DNA of 64,000 nucleotides from Anaerolineales bacterium (GTDB lineage: Bacteria > Chloroflexota > Anaerolineae > Anaerolineales > UBA11858), in assembly GCA_049644605.1 (NCBI GenBank), contig JBARSF010000007.1, positions 5,164 through 69,163 on the forward strand, written 5' to 3'. Every line of letters starts with the position of its first letter. Position 1 is the first letter of the stretch. The position numbers were made by a program, and so were the translations under genes. Positions 37,259 to 47,092 of this stretch are shown one piece after another. A model generated the notes under the pieces. It saw nothing but the letters and a program-made list of their open reading frames with translations, did not search any database and had not been told where the DNA came from.

Positions 37259-37783
37259 TCAAGCGTCGTTCGGGGAAAGATCAACACGAACGAATGAGGT
37301 ATCTCCGGGAAAAAGACGCTGTGCGGCCTGAGAAAGGGTCTCACCCGATTGAGGATTTTTACAATCGGGTATGAGTTCAGAAGCTGGAACCGCTACATGA
37401 GCTTGAGTCCAGAGATCTTGATCTAGACAGTTTCCATCAACCATAACGATATCAAGATCAATTGACCGATCTGCATTTTTATTATTTGTTCGGACTCTGC
37501 CTAATTTTAATTCTATGGTAGACAAGATTTGATCCTTTAATAAATCAGGACTCAGCGGTGATTGGATTAAAACAGCTGCATTAAGATAATCTGGACCATT
37601 GCTGCCAACTGCGGGAGTCTGCCAAATGGAGGATTGCTTAAGGAGCACCACTTCGTCAGCCAGCATTTTTAATGCCAAGGAAAGATTCTTTTCTGGTTCG
37701 ATATTACTGCCAAGACTGATCAGCAGTAATTTGCCCCCGGGGCTATTTTGAGCGCTCAATTTCAACTCCAACTGAATTGGCAA
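37259..37783 (-). CDS. folK: 2-amino-4-hydroxy-6-hydroxymethyldihydropteridine diphosphokinase (HPPK)
   Basis: LISLGSNIEPEKNL and RSIDLDIV motifs. Sits downstream of folB. The 5' end overlaps folB by 41 nt, so the true start may be an internal TTG. Confidence 0.7.
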   Translation of the reverse strand: MPIQLELKLSAQNSPGGKLLLISLGSNIEPEKNLSLALKMLADEVVLLKQSSIWQTPAVGSNGPDYLNAAVLIQSPLSPDLLKDQILSTIELKLGRVRTNNKNADRSIDLDIVMVDGNCLDQDLWTQAHVAVPASELIPDCKNPQSGETLSQAAQRLFPGDTSFVRVDLSPNDA

Positions 37784-38093
37784 AGCGGACAGCGCCGGGT
37801 TTTTCCACCCTGACTTTTACCTTAACCACACCAATGACTTCCAAGCAGGAAGCAGCGATATCTGCAGCCAGAGCTTCAACTGTTTGCCTGCTGCAATTTT
37901 CTGCCAATGCTTGGGCTTGTTTTGCTACCGTTTTGTAATTTATACTGTCTTCGATATTGTCTGTTTCTCCTGCTTTGGATAGATCCCCGTAAAGAATGAT
38001 ATTGATTAATATTTCCTGGGGTTTTGCCTGTTCCCATTCATAGATCCCGATAATACCTCGGGCAACCAGGTCTTTGATAATTACCTTATCCAT
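37743..38093 (-). CDS. folB: dihydroneopterin aldolase
   Basis: 116 aa. MDKVIIKDLVARGIIGIYEWEQAKPQEILINIIL is typical of the FolB tunnelling fold. Confidence 0.8.
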   Translation of the reverse strand: MDKVIIKDLVARGIIGIYEWEQAKPQEILINIILYGDLSKAGETDNIEDSINYKTVAKQAQALAENCSRQTVEALAADIAASCLEVIGVVKVKVRVEKPGAVRFANSVGVEIERSK

Positions 38094-38131
38094 AAAAATC
38101 TCCTTTACAACTTACCGCAATAGCGAATGAA

Positions 38132-38857
38132 TTAGCTTAAGTGTCTTCCGCCATCCAGATGGATAATTTCGCCAGTAATATACTTTGGGCCTGATAGTAA
38201 AAAAAGCATTGTGTCTTCGACTTCTGATAACTCTGCCCAGCGCGGGATCTGCACAGCCGAGAGGATATCATCAGTATTGCCGCCATCACTGGGCGGAAGA
38301 ACAGCCCCCAGGGCAATACCGTTTACTGTGATATTTGGCGCGAGTGAAATTGCCATAGATTTAGTAAGCGCAGCTAAACCAGCTTTGCTTATAGTGTAAG
38401 GAAAATGGTCTTTTCCCGGGCGAAGGGCTCTCCAATCAAGGATGTTTATTATGCGGCCGTCTTGATTGTCCGGGAGTGATTTACCCAGTGCCTGGCTAAG
38501 TAAAAAAGGCGCAGTAAGGTTTATTGCCAGGTGTGTATTCCACTGGGCGAGATCAGTATTGGACCAATTGTTATTTGAAAATACGGATGCATTGTTTATT
38601 ATTGCAGATACAAAACCAGAAGAGAAGACATTCTTGATGAAATCGACGGTGGATTTAGGATTCGAAAAGTCCGCCTGAAAAATAGTTGCTTCTTGACCAA
38701 TGGTCTCAATTTCCCGTTTAGTTTCTTCGGCATCAGAGAGTGAGTCGCGATGGTGGATAATAACATTCCAACCAGATTTTGCTGCGGCGAGCGACAAAAC
38801 GCGGCCGATTCGACGGGCTGAGCCAGTGACAAGAATAGTTTTACTTTTATTCTGCAT
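38132..38857 (-). CDS. SDR-family oxidoreductase, pteridine reductase/FolM-like
   Basis: ILVTGSARRIGR cofactor motif and the catalytic YTISK (YxxxK). Sits in a folate operon. Confidence 0.65.
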   Translation of the reverse strand: MQNKSKTILVTGSARRIGRVLSLAAAKSGWNVIIHHRDSLSDAEETKREIETIGQEATIFQADFSNPKSTVDFIKNVFSSGFVSAIINNASVFSNNNWSNTDLAQWNTHLAINLTAPFLLSQALGKSLPDNQDGRIINILDWRALRPGKDHFPYTISKAGLAALTKSMAISLAPNITVNGIALGAVLPPSDGGNTDDILSAVQIPRWAELSEVEDTMLFLLSGPKYITGEIIHLDGGRHLS

Positions 38858-39599
38858 CTGAGATCTCCCTCTGGGATTGATGGTCTTGAGTGATTAAGCC
38901 GATAAAACTCAAAGCCAGGATCAACCAGAAAATTAGGTGGTTGATGCGTATTCCCTGAAAAGCTACTGAACCAGTTGCCTGAAACCCAAGTATTAGTATC
39001 CGGGAAATTGATAGTAGGGCGGTGAAGAATAAAAATGTATATCCGGGTTTAGATTTCTCCGGATGATCTTTTTTCAGGAGAAACACCAAAAAGATGATTT
39101 CACTTAGTAAATAGTACAGTTGAACAGGGTGGCGGAATTCGCCCCAGAGAAAAATACCCCAGGGAAGGGTTGTTGCTGTTCCGAAACTGGAACCAGAAGC
39201 GAAATTTGATAAATCAATCGCCATGGTAAAAGTCAGGAAAAACGGCGTTAGTGCATCCAGAATAGACCAGAAGGGAACTTGATTCTTGTTGAGATAGTAA
39301 AAGCCAGCTGCGCAAGATATTAGAACACCACCCACGGGGTCAAGAAGATTAGGATTAATAGAGACTATTGAAATCAAATTTCCTTGAAAAGCACTGGGGG
39401 AATTGGCGATATAGGAAAGTCGAGCGCCGATTACCCCTGCCAATAAACAAATCCAAATCAATTTTTCCAAAACTGCGGAATCAATCTGATAACGATACGA
39501 ATTTCGCTCAGAGATTATGGATGCCAGCCAAAATCCAAGCAGTAGGATAAGCTGTGGGGTAGGGAGAGAAAAAATACCAAGATTAATCGTTGGGAACAT
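38847..39599 (-). CDS. Lgt-family-like (prolipoprotein diacylglyceryl transferase-like) membrane protein
   Basis: 7-TM-type protein with an Lgt-like C-terminal signature TTLPWGIFLWGEFRHPVQLYYLLSE. The segment where I expect the conserved R-x-G-N-F reads DLSNFASGSSFG. Confidence 0.5.
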   Translation of the reverse strand: MFPTINLGIFSLPTPQLILLLGFWLASIISERNSYRYQIDSAVLEKLIWICLLAGVIGARLSYIANSPSAFQGNLISIVSINPNLLDPVGGVLISCAAGFYYLNKNQVPFWSILDALTPFFLTFTMAIDLSNFASGSSFGTATTLPWGIFLWGEFRHPVQLYYLLSEIIFLVFLLKKDHPEKSKPGYTFLFFTALLSISRILILGFQATGSVAFQGIRINHLIFWLILALSFIGLITQDHQSQREISDAE

Positions 39600-40158
39600 T
39601 CAAGTCATCCTGTAATAAATTTTCTGCCTGGATACGAATCAAGGCTTTTGGTATTGGGCCGCCAATAATTATTTTCTGGATTAGTCCCTGACTGTTAATG
39701 AAGAACGTTGTGGGGAGCGAATGGAGATTATAGGATTTACTTACTGATCCCGTAGTATCCAGAAGAATCGGGAAGGTCAGACTGTTGTCGTTGACAAATC
39801 CAGAAACCTCGGTAAGGGAATCCTGGAAAGTTGAATTTATTGCTACAATAGTGAGATCGTTACTTGAATAGTCTTCAAAAACCCGTTGAAAAGCGGGCAT
39901 TTCTGCGCGACAGGGAGGACACCAGCTAGCCCAGAAATTGAGAATTACTGGGGCTCCCCGAAGATCTGCAAGGGATAGGTCTTTACCGTCAATGGTTTTT
40001 AATTGAAATCCAGGAGCAAAAAATCCCTCCTGAGGCAGTGCGGCGCCCGGTGTGTTTTGGTTCATGACGGGTAACCTGGAATGCCAAATCCAGCCTGCTG
40101 ATACCAGGAGGATTAAGATCACAATTAAGATTTGATCTCGTAGACGGTAAGATTTCAC
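39583..40158 (-). CDS. membrane-anchored TlpA/ResA-like thiol:disulfide oxidoreductase
   Basis: N-terminal TM anchor and thioredoxin motif ILNFWASWCPPCRAEMP. Confidence 0.85.
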   Translation of the reverse strand: MKSYRLRDQILIVILILLVSAGWIWHSRLPVMNQNTPGAALPQEGFFAPGFQLKTIDGKDLSLADLRGAPVILNFWASWCPPCRAEMPAFQRVFEDYSSNDLTIVAINSTFQDSLTEVSGFVNDNSLTFPILLDTTGSVSKSYNLHSLPTTFFINSQGLIQKIIIGGPIPKALIRIQAENLLQDDLNVPND

Positions 40159-40302
40159 TGAATGACCTCATCTTATATGGTAGATAGAGTTTATATCTCC
40201 AGCCACCTCATGTCAAGCGATTGAGAAACGGATTTTTATTCGTGTACATGGAAAAAATAGTTGGCAGGTGAATTAACAATTTATGAGATATCGGAGGTGG
40301 TT

Positions 40303-40878
40303 ATGAAGGATAACCGAAAAGTAGTAATCTTTTTCATAGCAGCTTTATTTATTGTTGGTGTACTGGTTGTGATGGTTGTTGGGCGCAAGGAACCGGCAGT
40401 CCAGGAAGCGGTTGTAATGCCACCTACTGAAGTGAGCGCAGGGGAAAAGGTCCAGGCTGAAGACACGGCAGTACCTGTAGTTGTTTCAGAAGAAACTGAG
40501 CCAGATCCCACTGTCGCGGAATCGGCTCCCGAAGCAGCAGCTCCAGCCTTAAAAACCGGACTGGAAAGCACAAATCCAGCAGCAGTAAATCTAGCAAATG
40601 GTGATATTCAACTGATAGAAATGTTTGCATTCTGGTGACCGACCTGCCAGAACATGGCACCCATCGTGCATGGGTTAGAAGTTGAATATTTTGGGTCTAT
40701 CAATTTTGTATATTTAGATATAGACGATAAAGGGAATGAAGCGTTCCTGTCTGAGTTAGGATTCAAATATCAACCCCATTTTGTCTTAATAGACGGGGAA
40801 GGGAAGATCTTGCAGCAATGGTTGGGTCCTGTTTCAGAGGACGATTTCCGATCCGCGTTTGATGCGTATAGACAATAA
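40303..40878 (+). CDS. membrane-anchored thioredoxin-like protein with in-frame TGA in the redox motif (candidate selenoprotein W-U-P-T-C, or a nonsense-mutated gene)
   Basis: ORFs 40261-40638 and 40654-40878 are in one frame. The TGA at 40636-40638 falls in ...IQLIEMFAFW-TGA-PTCQNMAPIV..., the position of the first Cys of WCxxC. ATG 40303 has a GGAGGTGG RBS. TM helix VVIFFIAALFIVGVLVVMVV. Confidence 0.55.
40653..40675 (+). promoter_or_regulatory. candidate SECIS-like hairpin downstream of the in-frame TGA
   Basis: Two alternative folds: ACCCAT-CGTGC-ATGGGT (40659-40675), or CAT(G)GCAC-CCATC-GTGC-ATG (40653-40672, bulged G). The hairpin starts 15-21 nt after the TGA. Confidence 0.35.
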
Positions 40879-40904
40879 GCTAAATCAGGTTAATGAGTCA
40901 AGAT

Positions 40905-40932
40905 AAAAAACCGGTCAAAAGGCTGGTTTTTT
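40905..40932 (+). terminator. rho-independent terminator after the thioredoxin-like gene
   Basis: CCGGTC (40911-40916) / loop AAAA / GGCTGG (40921-40926, two G-U pairs), followed by T6. Confidence 0.5.
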
Positions 40933-40958
40933 ATATGTAACGTCGTATAGGGTAGCAT

Positions 40959-40987
40959 TTGACACAATCACTGAAATAGGGTATCCT
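40959..40987 (+). promoter_or_regulatory. candidate promoter of the csoR-copZ-copA operon
   Basis: TTGACA (40959-40964) - 17 nt - TATCCT (40982-40987). Confidence 0.5.
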
Positions 40988-41011
40988 ATACCCGGCCCCT
41001 AAGGGGGGGGT
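40979..41011 (+). promoter_or_regulatory. candidate CsoR operator (inverted repeat plus C-tract/G-tract pseudo-palindrome)
   Basis: GGGTAT-CCT-ATACCC (40979-40993) overlaps the -10 element. It is followed by CCCC-TAA-GGGGGGGG (40996-41010). Known CsoR operators are GC-tract pseudo-palindromes with TACCC/GGGTA-type arms. Confidence 0.45.
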
Positions 41012-41016
41012 TGACA

Positions 41017-41289
41017 ATGAAAAATAACCTGGATAATCTCAGACGTTTAAAAACAGTGGAAGGACATATTCGTGGTGTGCAGAGGATGGTAGAAGACGAA
41101 TCGTATTGTATGGATATCATACGCCAAATCCACGCCATTCAATCTGCACTGAATAAAATCAGCATAAACATATTGGACAACCATCTCAACTCATGTTTGA
41201 TTTCTGCGGTCCGGGGTGATGATCCTGAGCACCAGGATCGGGTATTGCAGGAAATTATCGATGTATTTGAAGCGGCGACAAAAGTATAA
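41017..41289 (+). CDS. csoR: copper-sensing transcriptional repressor, CsoR/RcnR (DUF156) family
   Basis: LKTVEGHIRGVQRMVEDESYCMDIIRQIHAIQSALNKI...HLNSC carries the C-H-C ligand pattern. ATG 41017 is preferred over the TTG at 41011. Confidence 0.85.
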   Translation: MKNNLDNLRRLKTVEGHIRGVQRMVEDESYCMDIIRQIHAIQSALNKISINILDNHLNSCLISAVRGDDPEHQDRVLQEIIDVFEAATKV

Positions 41290-41308
41290 GACATAAACGG
41301 AGGAATTA

Positions 41309-41512
41309 ATGGCAAGCGTAACTTTTAAAGTACCTACAATAAGTTGTCAACATTGTGTAAATACAATTGAGCTTGAATTAAAGGAACTTCCTGGAGTTGT
41401 GGATGTTAAAGCAAATCCGGAAATGAAAACAACAGAAGTAGTTTATGAAGAACCAGCAACGGAAGAAATTCTTAGAAATTTACTGGCGGAAATTAATTAT
41501 CCAGCTGAGTAA
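41309..41512 (+). CDS. copZ: copper chaperone, heavy-metal-associated domain
   Basis: 67 aa with the HMA fold and metal-binding SCQHC. RBS GGAGG. Confidence 0.8.
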   Translation: MASVTFKVPTISCQHCVNTIELELKELPGVVDVKANPEMKTTEVVYEEPATEEILRNLLAEINYPAE

Positions 41513-41557
41513 TATCTTGTCAAAAGACCTTAATATCCTGAAAAGTAATGGAGAGAT

Positions 41558-43990
41558 ATGTCAGAAATAAAGCTTACAAGTTTGCCGGTTACCGGAATGG
41601 ATTGTGCTAATTGCGCCGCTGCCGTGGAGCGGAATCTCTCCAAAGTACCTGGCGTAAATACGGCCAATGTAAATCTAACAACAGAAAGAGCGTCTGTTGA
41701 GTTTGATGCAGAACTCACAAAAATTACAGACCTTGTTAATAAGATCGAACGATCCGGATATGGCGTAGCCGTAGGGGAAGCGGAATTTTTGGTTAATCAC
41801 ATCAGCGATGATCGGGATGGACGAAAGCTGGAACAAATTCTGGGAAATTTTGACGGCATTATTAAGGCATCTGTGAATTGGGTTGCTGGAAAAATAAAAG
41901 TAAAGTATATCCCCACAATTACCAATCAAAGGGATATCAGGAAACTTGTGTCTGAAGCTGGTTTTGAAGCGGTGGTTTTGGGGGATCAATTCGAAGATAC
42001 CGAGGGGATGGCAAGAAAGAAAGATATCCAGCAGCAGAAACGCTTATTACTGGTTGGGTTGAGCTTCACAATACCTTTATTTTTCTTGTCAATGGGACGT
42101 GATTTTGGATTACTGGGGAACTGGGCACATCAACCTTGGGTAAATTGGTTTATGTTGATTTTGGCCACTCCGGTCCAATTTTATGTCGGTAAACAATATT
42201 ATAGCGGTGCCATTAACTCAATCAAAAACAGGGCTACAAATATGGATGTACTTGTGGCTTTGGGATCAACAGCAGCATACTTATATTCAATACCGGTTTT
42301 GTTCGGTTGGGTTAGCGGACATGTGTATTTTGAGACCTCAGCGATGATTATCACCCTGATTAAAACTGGGAAATACCTTGAGGTGCGAGCAAGAGGCAAA
42401 ACCAGCGAAGCGATAAAAAAATTAATGAAACTCAGCCCGGAAAATGCTCTGGTTATCAGGGATGGCAATGAACACTATATTCCTGTTGAAGATGTGCAGG
42501 TTGGAGATATTGTCCTTGTTAAACCAGGAGAGAAAATCCCTGTTGACGGTGTTGTTATTGATGGTTTTTCTGCAGTTGATGAATCCATGCTGACAGGCGA
42601 ATCTCTCCCGGTTGAGAAATCAATCGGTGATGAGGTTGTAGGAGCGACCCTGAACAAACAGGGTGTGTTAAAATTTGAAGCTACTAAAATCGGCAGGGAT
42701 ACAGTCCTGTCTCAAATAATCAGACTTGTAGAAGATGCCCAGGGGAGCAAAGCGCCCATTCAGCGGATTGCTGACCGCGTATCAAGTATTTTTGTTCCTG
42801 CAGTGGTGTTTACAGCAATAGGGACCTATTTAATATGGCAATTCTTAGTTCCTGCTCCTGCTGTTCCAGAAACCAGTCAATTTGCTAGAGCTATGTTAAA
42901 TGCTGTAGCGGTTTTATTAATTGCCTGTCCCTGTGCAATGGGATTGGCAACTCCGACAGCTGTAATGGTAGGCTCTGGAAGGGGTGCTGCAAGTGGGATT
43001 TTATTCAAATCTGGAGATGCCCTGGAGAGAGCTGGAAAGATCAATACAGTGGTCTTAGATAAAACCGGGACAATTACCAAAGGTGAGCCATCCCTGACGG
43101 ATATAAGAATCCTTGCGCCAGATCCAGAGACTAAAAAAGAAGACAGTATTTTAAGGATTGCCGCTTCTATTGAACAGAGATCGGAACACCCCCTTGGGGC
43201 GGCAGTTGTTTCTGAAGCGAAAAAGAGGAACCTGGAATTTAGCGAGCCAGTTAAATTTCAATCGATAATCGGTAAGGGTGTAAAGGCTAATTTAGATAAT
43301 CACCAGGTGATAATTGGCAGTACAGCCCTGATGGATGAGGAAAATGTGGAGTGGTCTGACGCTGAAGAGATCATTACTAACCTTAGCCAGGAAGGAAAAA
43401 CAGCGATATTGATAGCAGAAGAAGGGATTTTGCAGGCAGTTTTTGGTATCGCGGATACAGTAAAAGAAAATGCAGGTCATGCCATAAATGAATTAAAGGA
43501 ATTAGGCCTTGATGTGATCATGATTACTGGTGATAACCAACAAGCAGCACGAGCCATTGCTTCCCAGGTAGGCATAAATAAAGTAAGGTACGAAGTGCTG
43601 CCCGGAGAAAAATCCTCTGAAATTGCTTCCATGCAGAAAGATGGCGCTGTGGTAGCCATGGTTGGAGATGGGATAAATGACGCGCCGGCCTTGGCGCAAG
43701 CAGACGTGGGGATATCGCTGGGAACAGGTACTGATGTCGCAATTGCGGCTGCGCCAATAACCCTAATCAGTGGAGACTTGAATGGCGTCAGCAAAGCCAT
43801 AAAATTATCCCGGGTGACCTTGCTTACAATCAAACAGAATTTATTCTGGGCGTTCGTTTATAATGTAATTCTAATTCCAGTTGCAGCGGCAGGATTCTTA
43901 AACCCAATCATTGCAGCTGGAGCAATGGCTGTAAGCGATGTATTTGTAATTGGTAATAGTCTTCGATTAAATCGAAAACAACTGGATTGA
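41558..43990 (+). CDS. copA: copper-translocating P1B-type ATPase
   Basis: N-terminal HMA GMDCANC, TGES, CPC motif [11 protein letters not shown], phosphorylation site DKTGTIT, hinge [11 protein letters not shown]. Confidence 0.95.
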   Translation: MSEIKLTSLPVTGMDCANCAAAVERNLSKVPGVNTANVNLTTERASVEFDAELTKITDLVNKIERSGYGVAVGEAEFLVNHISDDRDGRKLEQILGNFDGIIKASVNWVAGKIKVKYIPTITNQRDIRKLVSEAGFEAVVLGDQFEDTEGMARKKDIQQQKRLLLVGLSFTIPLFFLSMGRDFGLLGNWAHQPWVNWFMLILATPVQFYVGKQYYSGAINSIKNRATNMDVLVALGSTAAYLYSIPVLFGWVSGHVYFETSAMIITLIKTGKYLEVRARGKTSEAIKKLMKLSPENALVIRDGNEHYIPVEDVQVGDIVLVKPGEKIPVDGVVIDGFSAVDESMLTGESLPVEKSIGDEVVGATLNKQGVLKFEATKIGRDTVLSQIIRLVEDAQGSKAPIQRIADRVSSIFVPAVVFTAIGTYLIWQFLVPAPAVPETSQFARAMLNAVAVLLIACPCAMGLATPTAVMVGSGRGAASGILFKSGDALERAGKINTVVLDKTGTITKGEPSLTDIRILAPDPETKKEDSILRIAASIEQRSEHPLGAAVVSEAKKRNLEFSEPVKFQSIIGKGVKANLDNHQVIIGSTALMDEENVEWSDAEEIITNLSQEGKTAILIAEEGILQAVFGIADTVKENAGHAINELKELGLDVIMITGDNQQAARAIASQVGINKVRYEVLPGEKSSEIASMQKDGAVVAMVGDGINDAPALAQADVGISLGTGTDVAIAAAPITLISGDLNGVSKAIKLSRVTLLTIKQNLFWAFVYNVILIPVAAAGFLNPIIAAGAMAVSDVFVIGNSLRLNRKQLD

Positions 43991-44117
43991 GGGAGATTAT
44001 TTGCCCTCGAATCGTCAATTGAGAGGAGTATAATATTTCACCGGGATTTCAGATAGATTGATTTTATTTGAGTGAAAAAAGAATATAATAGGTAGCGCTT
44101 GGTTAAAGGCAAAAAAA

Positions 44118-45194
44118 ATGGTAAAAGAGAAAGTTAGAGTCGCAATCATCGGTGTCGGGAACTGCGCTTCTGCACTGGTGCAGGGTGTTCATTTTTATCA
44201 GAACGCTGAAGAAGGTCAGATCATCCCTGGACTGATGAATCCGGTCTTGGGAGGATATCATATACGGGATATTGAATTTTCTGCTGCTTTTGATGTTGTC
44301 CAAAATAAAGTAGGGAAAGATCTGAGCGAAGCAATTTGGGAAAAACCAAACAATACAACTCGATTCTCTGATGTGCCCTTTCAAAATGTTACTGTGAGTA
44401 GAGGAATGACTCATGATGGATTGGGAAAATATTTACTGGAACATGTGAAAAAAGCTCCCGGACCAACGGATGATATCGTTAATATTCTCAAAGACACAGG
44501 AACAGATGTTGTGGTGAATTTTTTGCCTGTTGGGTCCGAGATGGCTACAAAATGGTATGTGGAACAAGTGCTTGATGCCGGATGCGCGTTTGTTAATGGA
44601 ATTCCTGTGTTTATTGCTACATCGGAGTATTGGACAAAAAGATTTCAGGAACATGGTTTACCTCTCATTGGAGATGATATAAAGAGTCAGGTAGGGGCAA
44701 CTATCGTGCACCGCGTATTAACCAATCTTCTTCAAGACCGAGGAGCTCGACTTGATCGAACATATCAGCTAAATTTTGGGGGAAATATGGATTTTTATAA
44801 TATGCTGGATCGAGACAGATTGGAGTCTAAGAAGATTTCAAAAACACAATCTGTGAAGAGTCAATTAGATTACGAGTTGGACAAAGATAATATCCATGTA
44901 GGTCCCAGTGATTATGTGCCCTGGCTGACCGATCGGAAATGGGCCAATATCAGATTGGAAGGCAGAGGATTTGGGGAAACGCCATTAAATATCGAGTTAA
45001 AACTAGAGGTATGGGATTCACCAAACTCTGCAGGCGTTATGGTTGACGCTATACGTTGCGCAAAATTAGGATTGGATCGAGGTCTTGCCGGACCGCTGGA
45101 AGGACCTTCTTCCTATTTAATGAAATCCCCACCAGTACAGTTTAGCGATGATGTCGCCAGACAAAAAATGAAAGATTTTGTAAATGGAAAATAA
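44118..45194 (+). CDS. ino1: myo-inositol-1-phosphate synthase
   Basis: N-terminal Rossmann segment [22 protein letters not shown] and the overall 358-aa bacterial/archaeal MIPS layout. Confidence 0.85.
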   Translation: MVKEKVRVAIIGVGNCASALVQGVHFYQNAEEGQIIPGLMNPVLGGYHIRDIEFSAAFDVVQNKVGKDLSEAIWEKPNNTTRFSDVPFQNVTVSRGMTHDGLGKYLLEHVKKAPGPTDDIVNILKDTGTDVVVNFLPVGSEMATKWYVEQVLDAGCAFVNGIPVFIATSEYWTKRFQEHGLPLIGDDIKSQVGATIVHRVLTNLLQDRGARLDRTYQLNFGGNMDFYNMLDRDRLESKKISKTQSVKSQLDYELDKDNIHVGPSDYVPWLTDRKWANIRLEGRGFGETPLNIELKLEVWDSPNSAGVMVDAIRCAKLGLDRGLAGPLEGPSSYLMKSPPVQFSDDVARQKMKDFVNGK

Positions 45195-46308
45195 AAAAAA
45201 TATGGATAAAACAGGAGCAAAAAGTCCTCAAAAAGCCAACAGGCGAGATTTTTTCAATTTGTCTGTTCTGGCTGCTGGATCAGCCATTCTTAAGCCATGG
45301 ACCTTTTCGGAGTTATTCCAAGAATTTCCTGACGCGGAACGACTGGGTAGAATTGCAGTCGGAAGGGTTGATATTAAAATAAGACCTGATTATGAAGCGC
45401 CTAATGTCGGGACGTACTATGAAGACGCGGTTGTTCCCTGGATCCAGGAAGTAATCGGTCCCTGGCCTAATAGAAATAATCAACGCTGGGTCGAAACACC
45501 GGATGGATACATTTGGGGCCCAAATGTACAGCCTGTTAGAAATTTGCCAAATCCACCCATTGAATCTATACCCGACAGTATGGAAGGAATCTGGGTTGAG
45601 GTAACTGTACCCTGGGTAAATGTAATAATTGATAATCCACCTGCCCGATCAACCTGGTGGGCTTATTTAGCGGCGAAAAACTTACCTCCCAGGTTTTATT
45701 ATGCCCAAATATTATGGGTAGACCAAATCAAGGTTGGAAGTAACGGAAATCTTTGGTACAGGATTAATGAAAGATATGGAAACCCAGGAGATCTGCTATG
45801 GGCACCTGCAGAAGCCTTCAGGCCAATTTCTAATACTGAAATGGCACCTATATCACCCGGGGTTGAAGAAAAACAAATCGTGGTGGATGTGACGCCATCT
45901 CACCAAACCCTATCCTGTTACGAGGGATCGTCGGAAGTATATTTTTGTAGAATATCTTCCGGAAAAGAACCCTATGGAACTGATGTAACTGCTTATGGAT
46001 CAAAAGGATTTAATATTTGGAGAAAGCTGCATTCCTTACAGATGGCTGGGGGCACAGTCCAAGCAGGATGGGAGATACCGGGCATTGGATGGGTATCATT
46101 ATTCCAGGGGGAAGGTGTGGCAATCCATTCAACCTTCTGGCACAATAATTTTGGAGAGCCCTCTTCCCATGGCTGCATTAACGCCCGACCAGAAGACGCA
46201 AAATGGATTTTTAGATGGGCAACACCGGTTGCTCCATTTAATGTGGGAGATATCACAGTTTCTGGCAAAATTGGAACACCTGTGAAAGTTATTAAATATG
46301 AAGGTTAA
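45184..46308 (+). CDS. Tat-exported L,D-transpeptidase (YkuD domain)
   Basis: Twin-arginine signal [18 protein letters not shown]. Catalytic motif [21 protein letters not shown]. The start could instead be ATG 45202. Confidence 0.8.
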   Translation: MENKKNMDKTGAKSPQKANRRDFFNLSVLAAGSAILKPWTFSELFQEFPDAERLGRIAVGRVDIKIRPDYEAPNVGTYYEDAVVPWIQEVIGPWPNRNNQRWVETPDGYIWGPNVQPVRNLPNPPIESIPDSMEGIWVEVTVPWVNVIIDNPPARSTWWAYLAAKNLPPRFYYAQILWVDQIKVGSNGNLWYRINERYGNPGDLLWAPAEAFRPISNTEMAPISPGVEEKQIVVDVTPSHQTLSCYEGSSEVYFCRISSGKEPYGTDVTAYGSKGFNIWRKLHSLQMAGGTVQAGWEIPGIGWVSLFQGEGVAIHSTFWHNNFGEPSSHGCINARPEDAKWIFRWATPVAPFNVGDITVSGKIGTPVKVIKYEG

Positions 46309-46339
46309 ATTTATTAGTGGACCATAAGTAGGAGTGATT

Positions 46340-47074
46340 ATGGATAGTCTGAATTTTTTTAGTTTGGGAACTGCGTTTATCGCGGGCTTGGCATCCTTTT
46401 TATCACCCTGCGTGCTTCCTTTGGTTCCGGCCTATGTAGGATATTTGGGTGGAAGAACAGCATTTGAAGATGCTGAAAACGAACCAAAACGGTGGTCTGT
46501 TTTTTCCCACGGCCTGGCATTTGTAATTGGATTCAGCCTGGTTTTTATTCTTTTGGGAATTGCGACATCAGCTTTGGGTAGCCTATTAAGTGGAGCAAGA
46601 ATTTGGCTGGAGAAGATTGGTGGGATCGTGGTTGTTATTTTTGGCCTTCATATGACGGGAATCTGGCGAATCCCTTTTTTGCAATATGACACGAGGAAAC
46701 AATCCCAACCTGAAAATAATCGGGGATATCTTTCATCGTTATTGATGGGTGTGTTCTTCTCAGCTGGTTGGTCACCTTGTGTTGGTCCAGTTTTGGGCGC
46801 TATCCTTACGCTATCATTAAGCGGCGGCTCTGTATTTACCGGAGGCTCTTTGCTGGCTGCCTATTCTGCAGGATTATCGATCCCATTTTTAATTGCTGCG
46901 CTAGGTGTCGGCTGGGTTACAAAAGCATTACGGAAATTTGGCAAGGCGATGCATTATTTGGAAATAACAATGGGTGCGATATTGATCATTATCGGAAACC
47001 TACTATTTTGGGGACTCTTTGAAAAACTAACAATTTATCTCACTCGTTTTGGTAGTCTGTTTAATAATCTATAG
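46340..47074 (+). CDS. ccdA: cytochrome c biogenesis/thiol-disulfide electron transporter CcdA (DsbD family)
   Basis: Two conserved membrane Cys motifs, FLSPCVLPLVPAY and GWSPCVGPVLGAI. ATG 46340 with an AGGAG RBS. Confidence 0.85.
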   Translation: MDSLNFFSLGTAFIAGLASFLSPCVLPLVPAYVGYLGGRTAFEDAENEPKRWSVFSHGLAFVIGFSLVFILLGIATSALGSLLSGARIWLEKIGGIVVVIFGLHMTGIWRIPFLQYDTRKQSQPENNRGYLSSLLMGVFFSAGWSPCVGPVLGAILTLSLSGGSVFTGGSLLAAYSAGLSIPFLIAALGVGWVTKALRKFGKAMHYLEITMGAILIIIGNLLFWGLFEKLTIYLTRFGSLFNNL

Positions 47075-47092
47075 GACTGGAAAAATTTATAA

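Noticed and set aside
44103-44414. 103-aa - strand ORF overlapping the 5' end of the inositol-phosphate synthase gene
   Set aside because: It is fully antisense to a gene with strong family signatures. It has no RBS and an odd composition.
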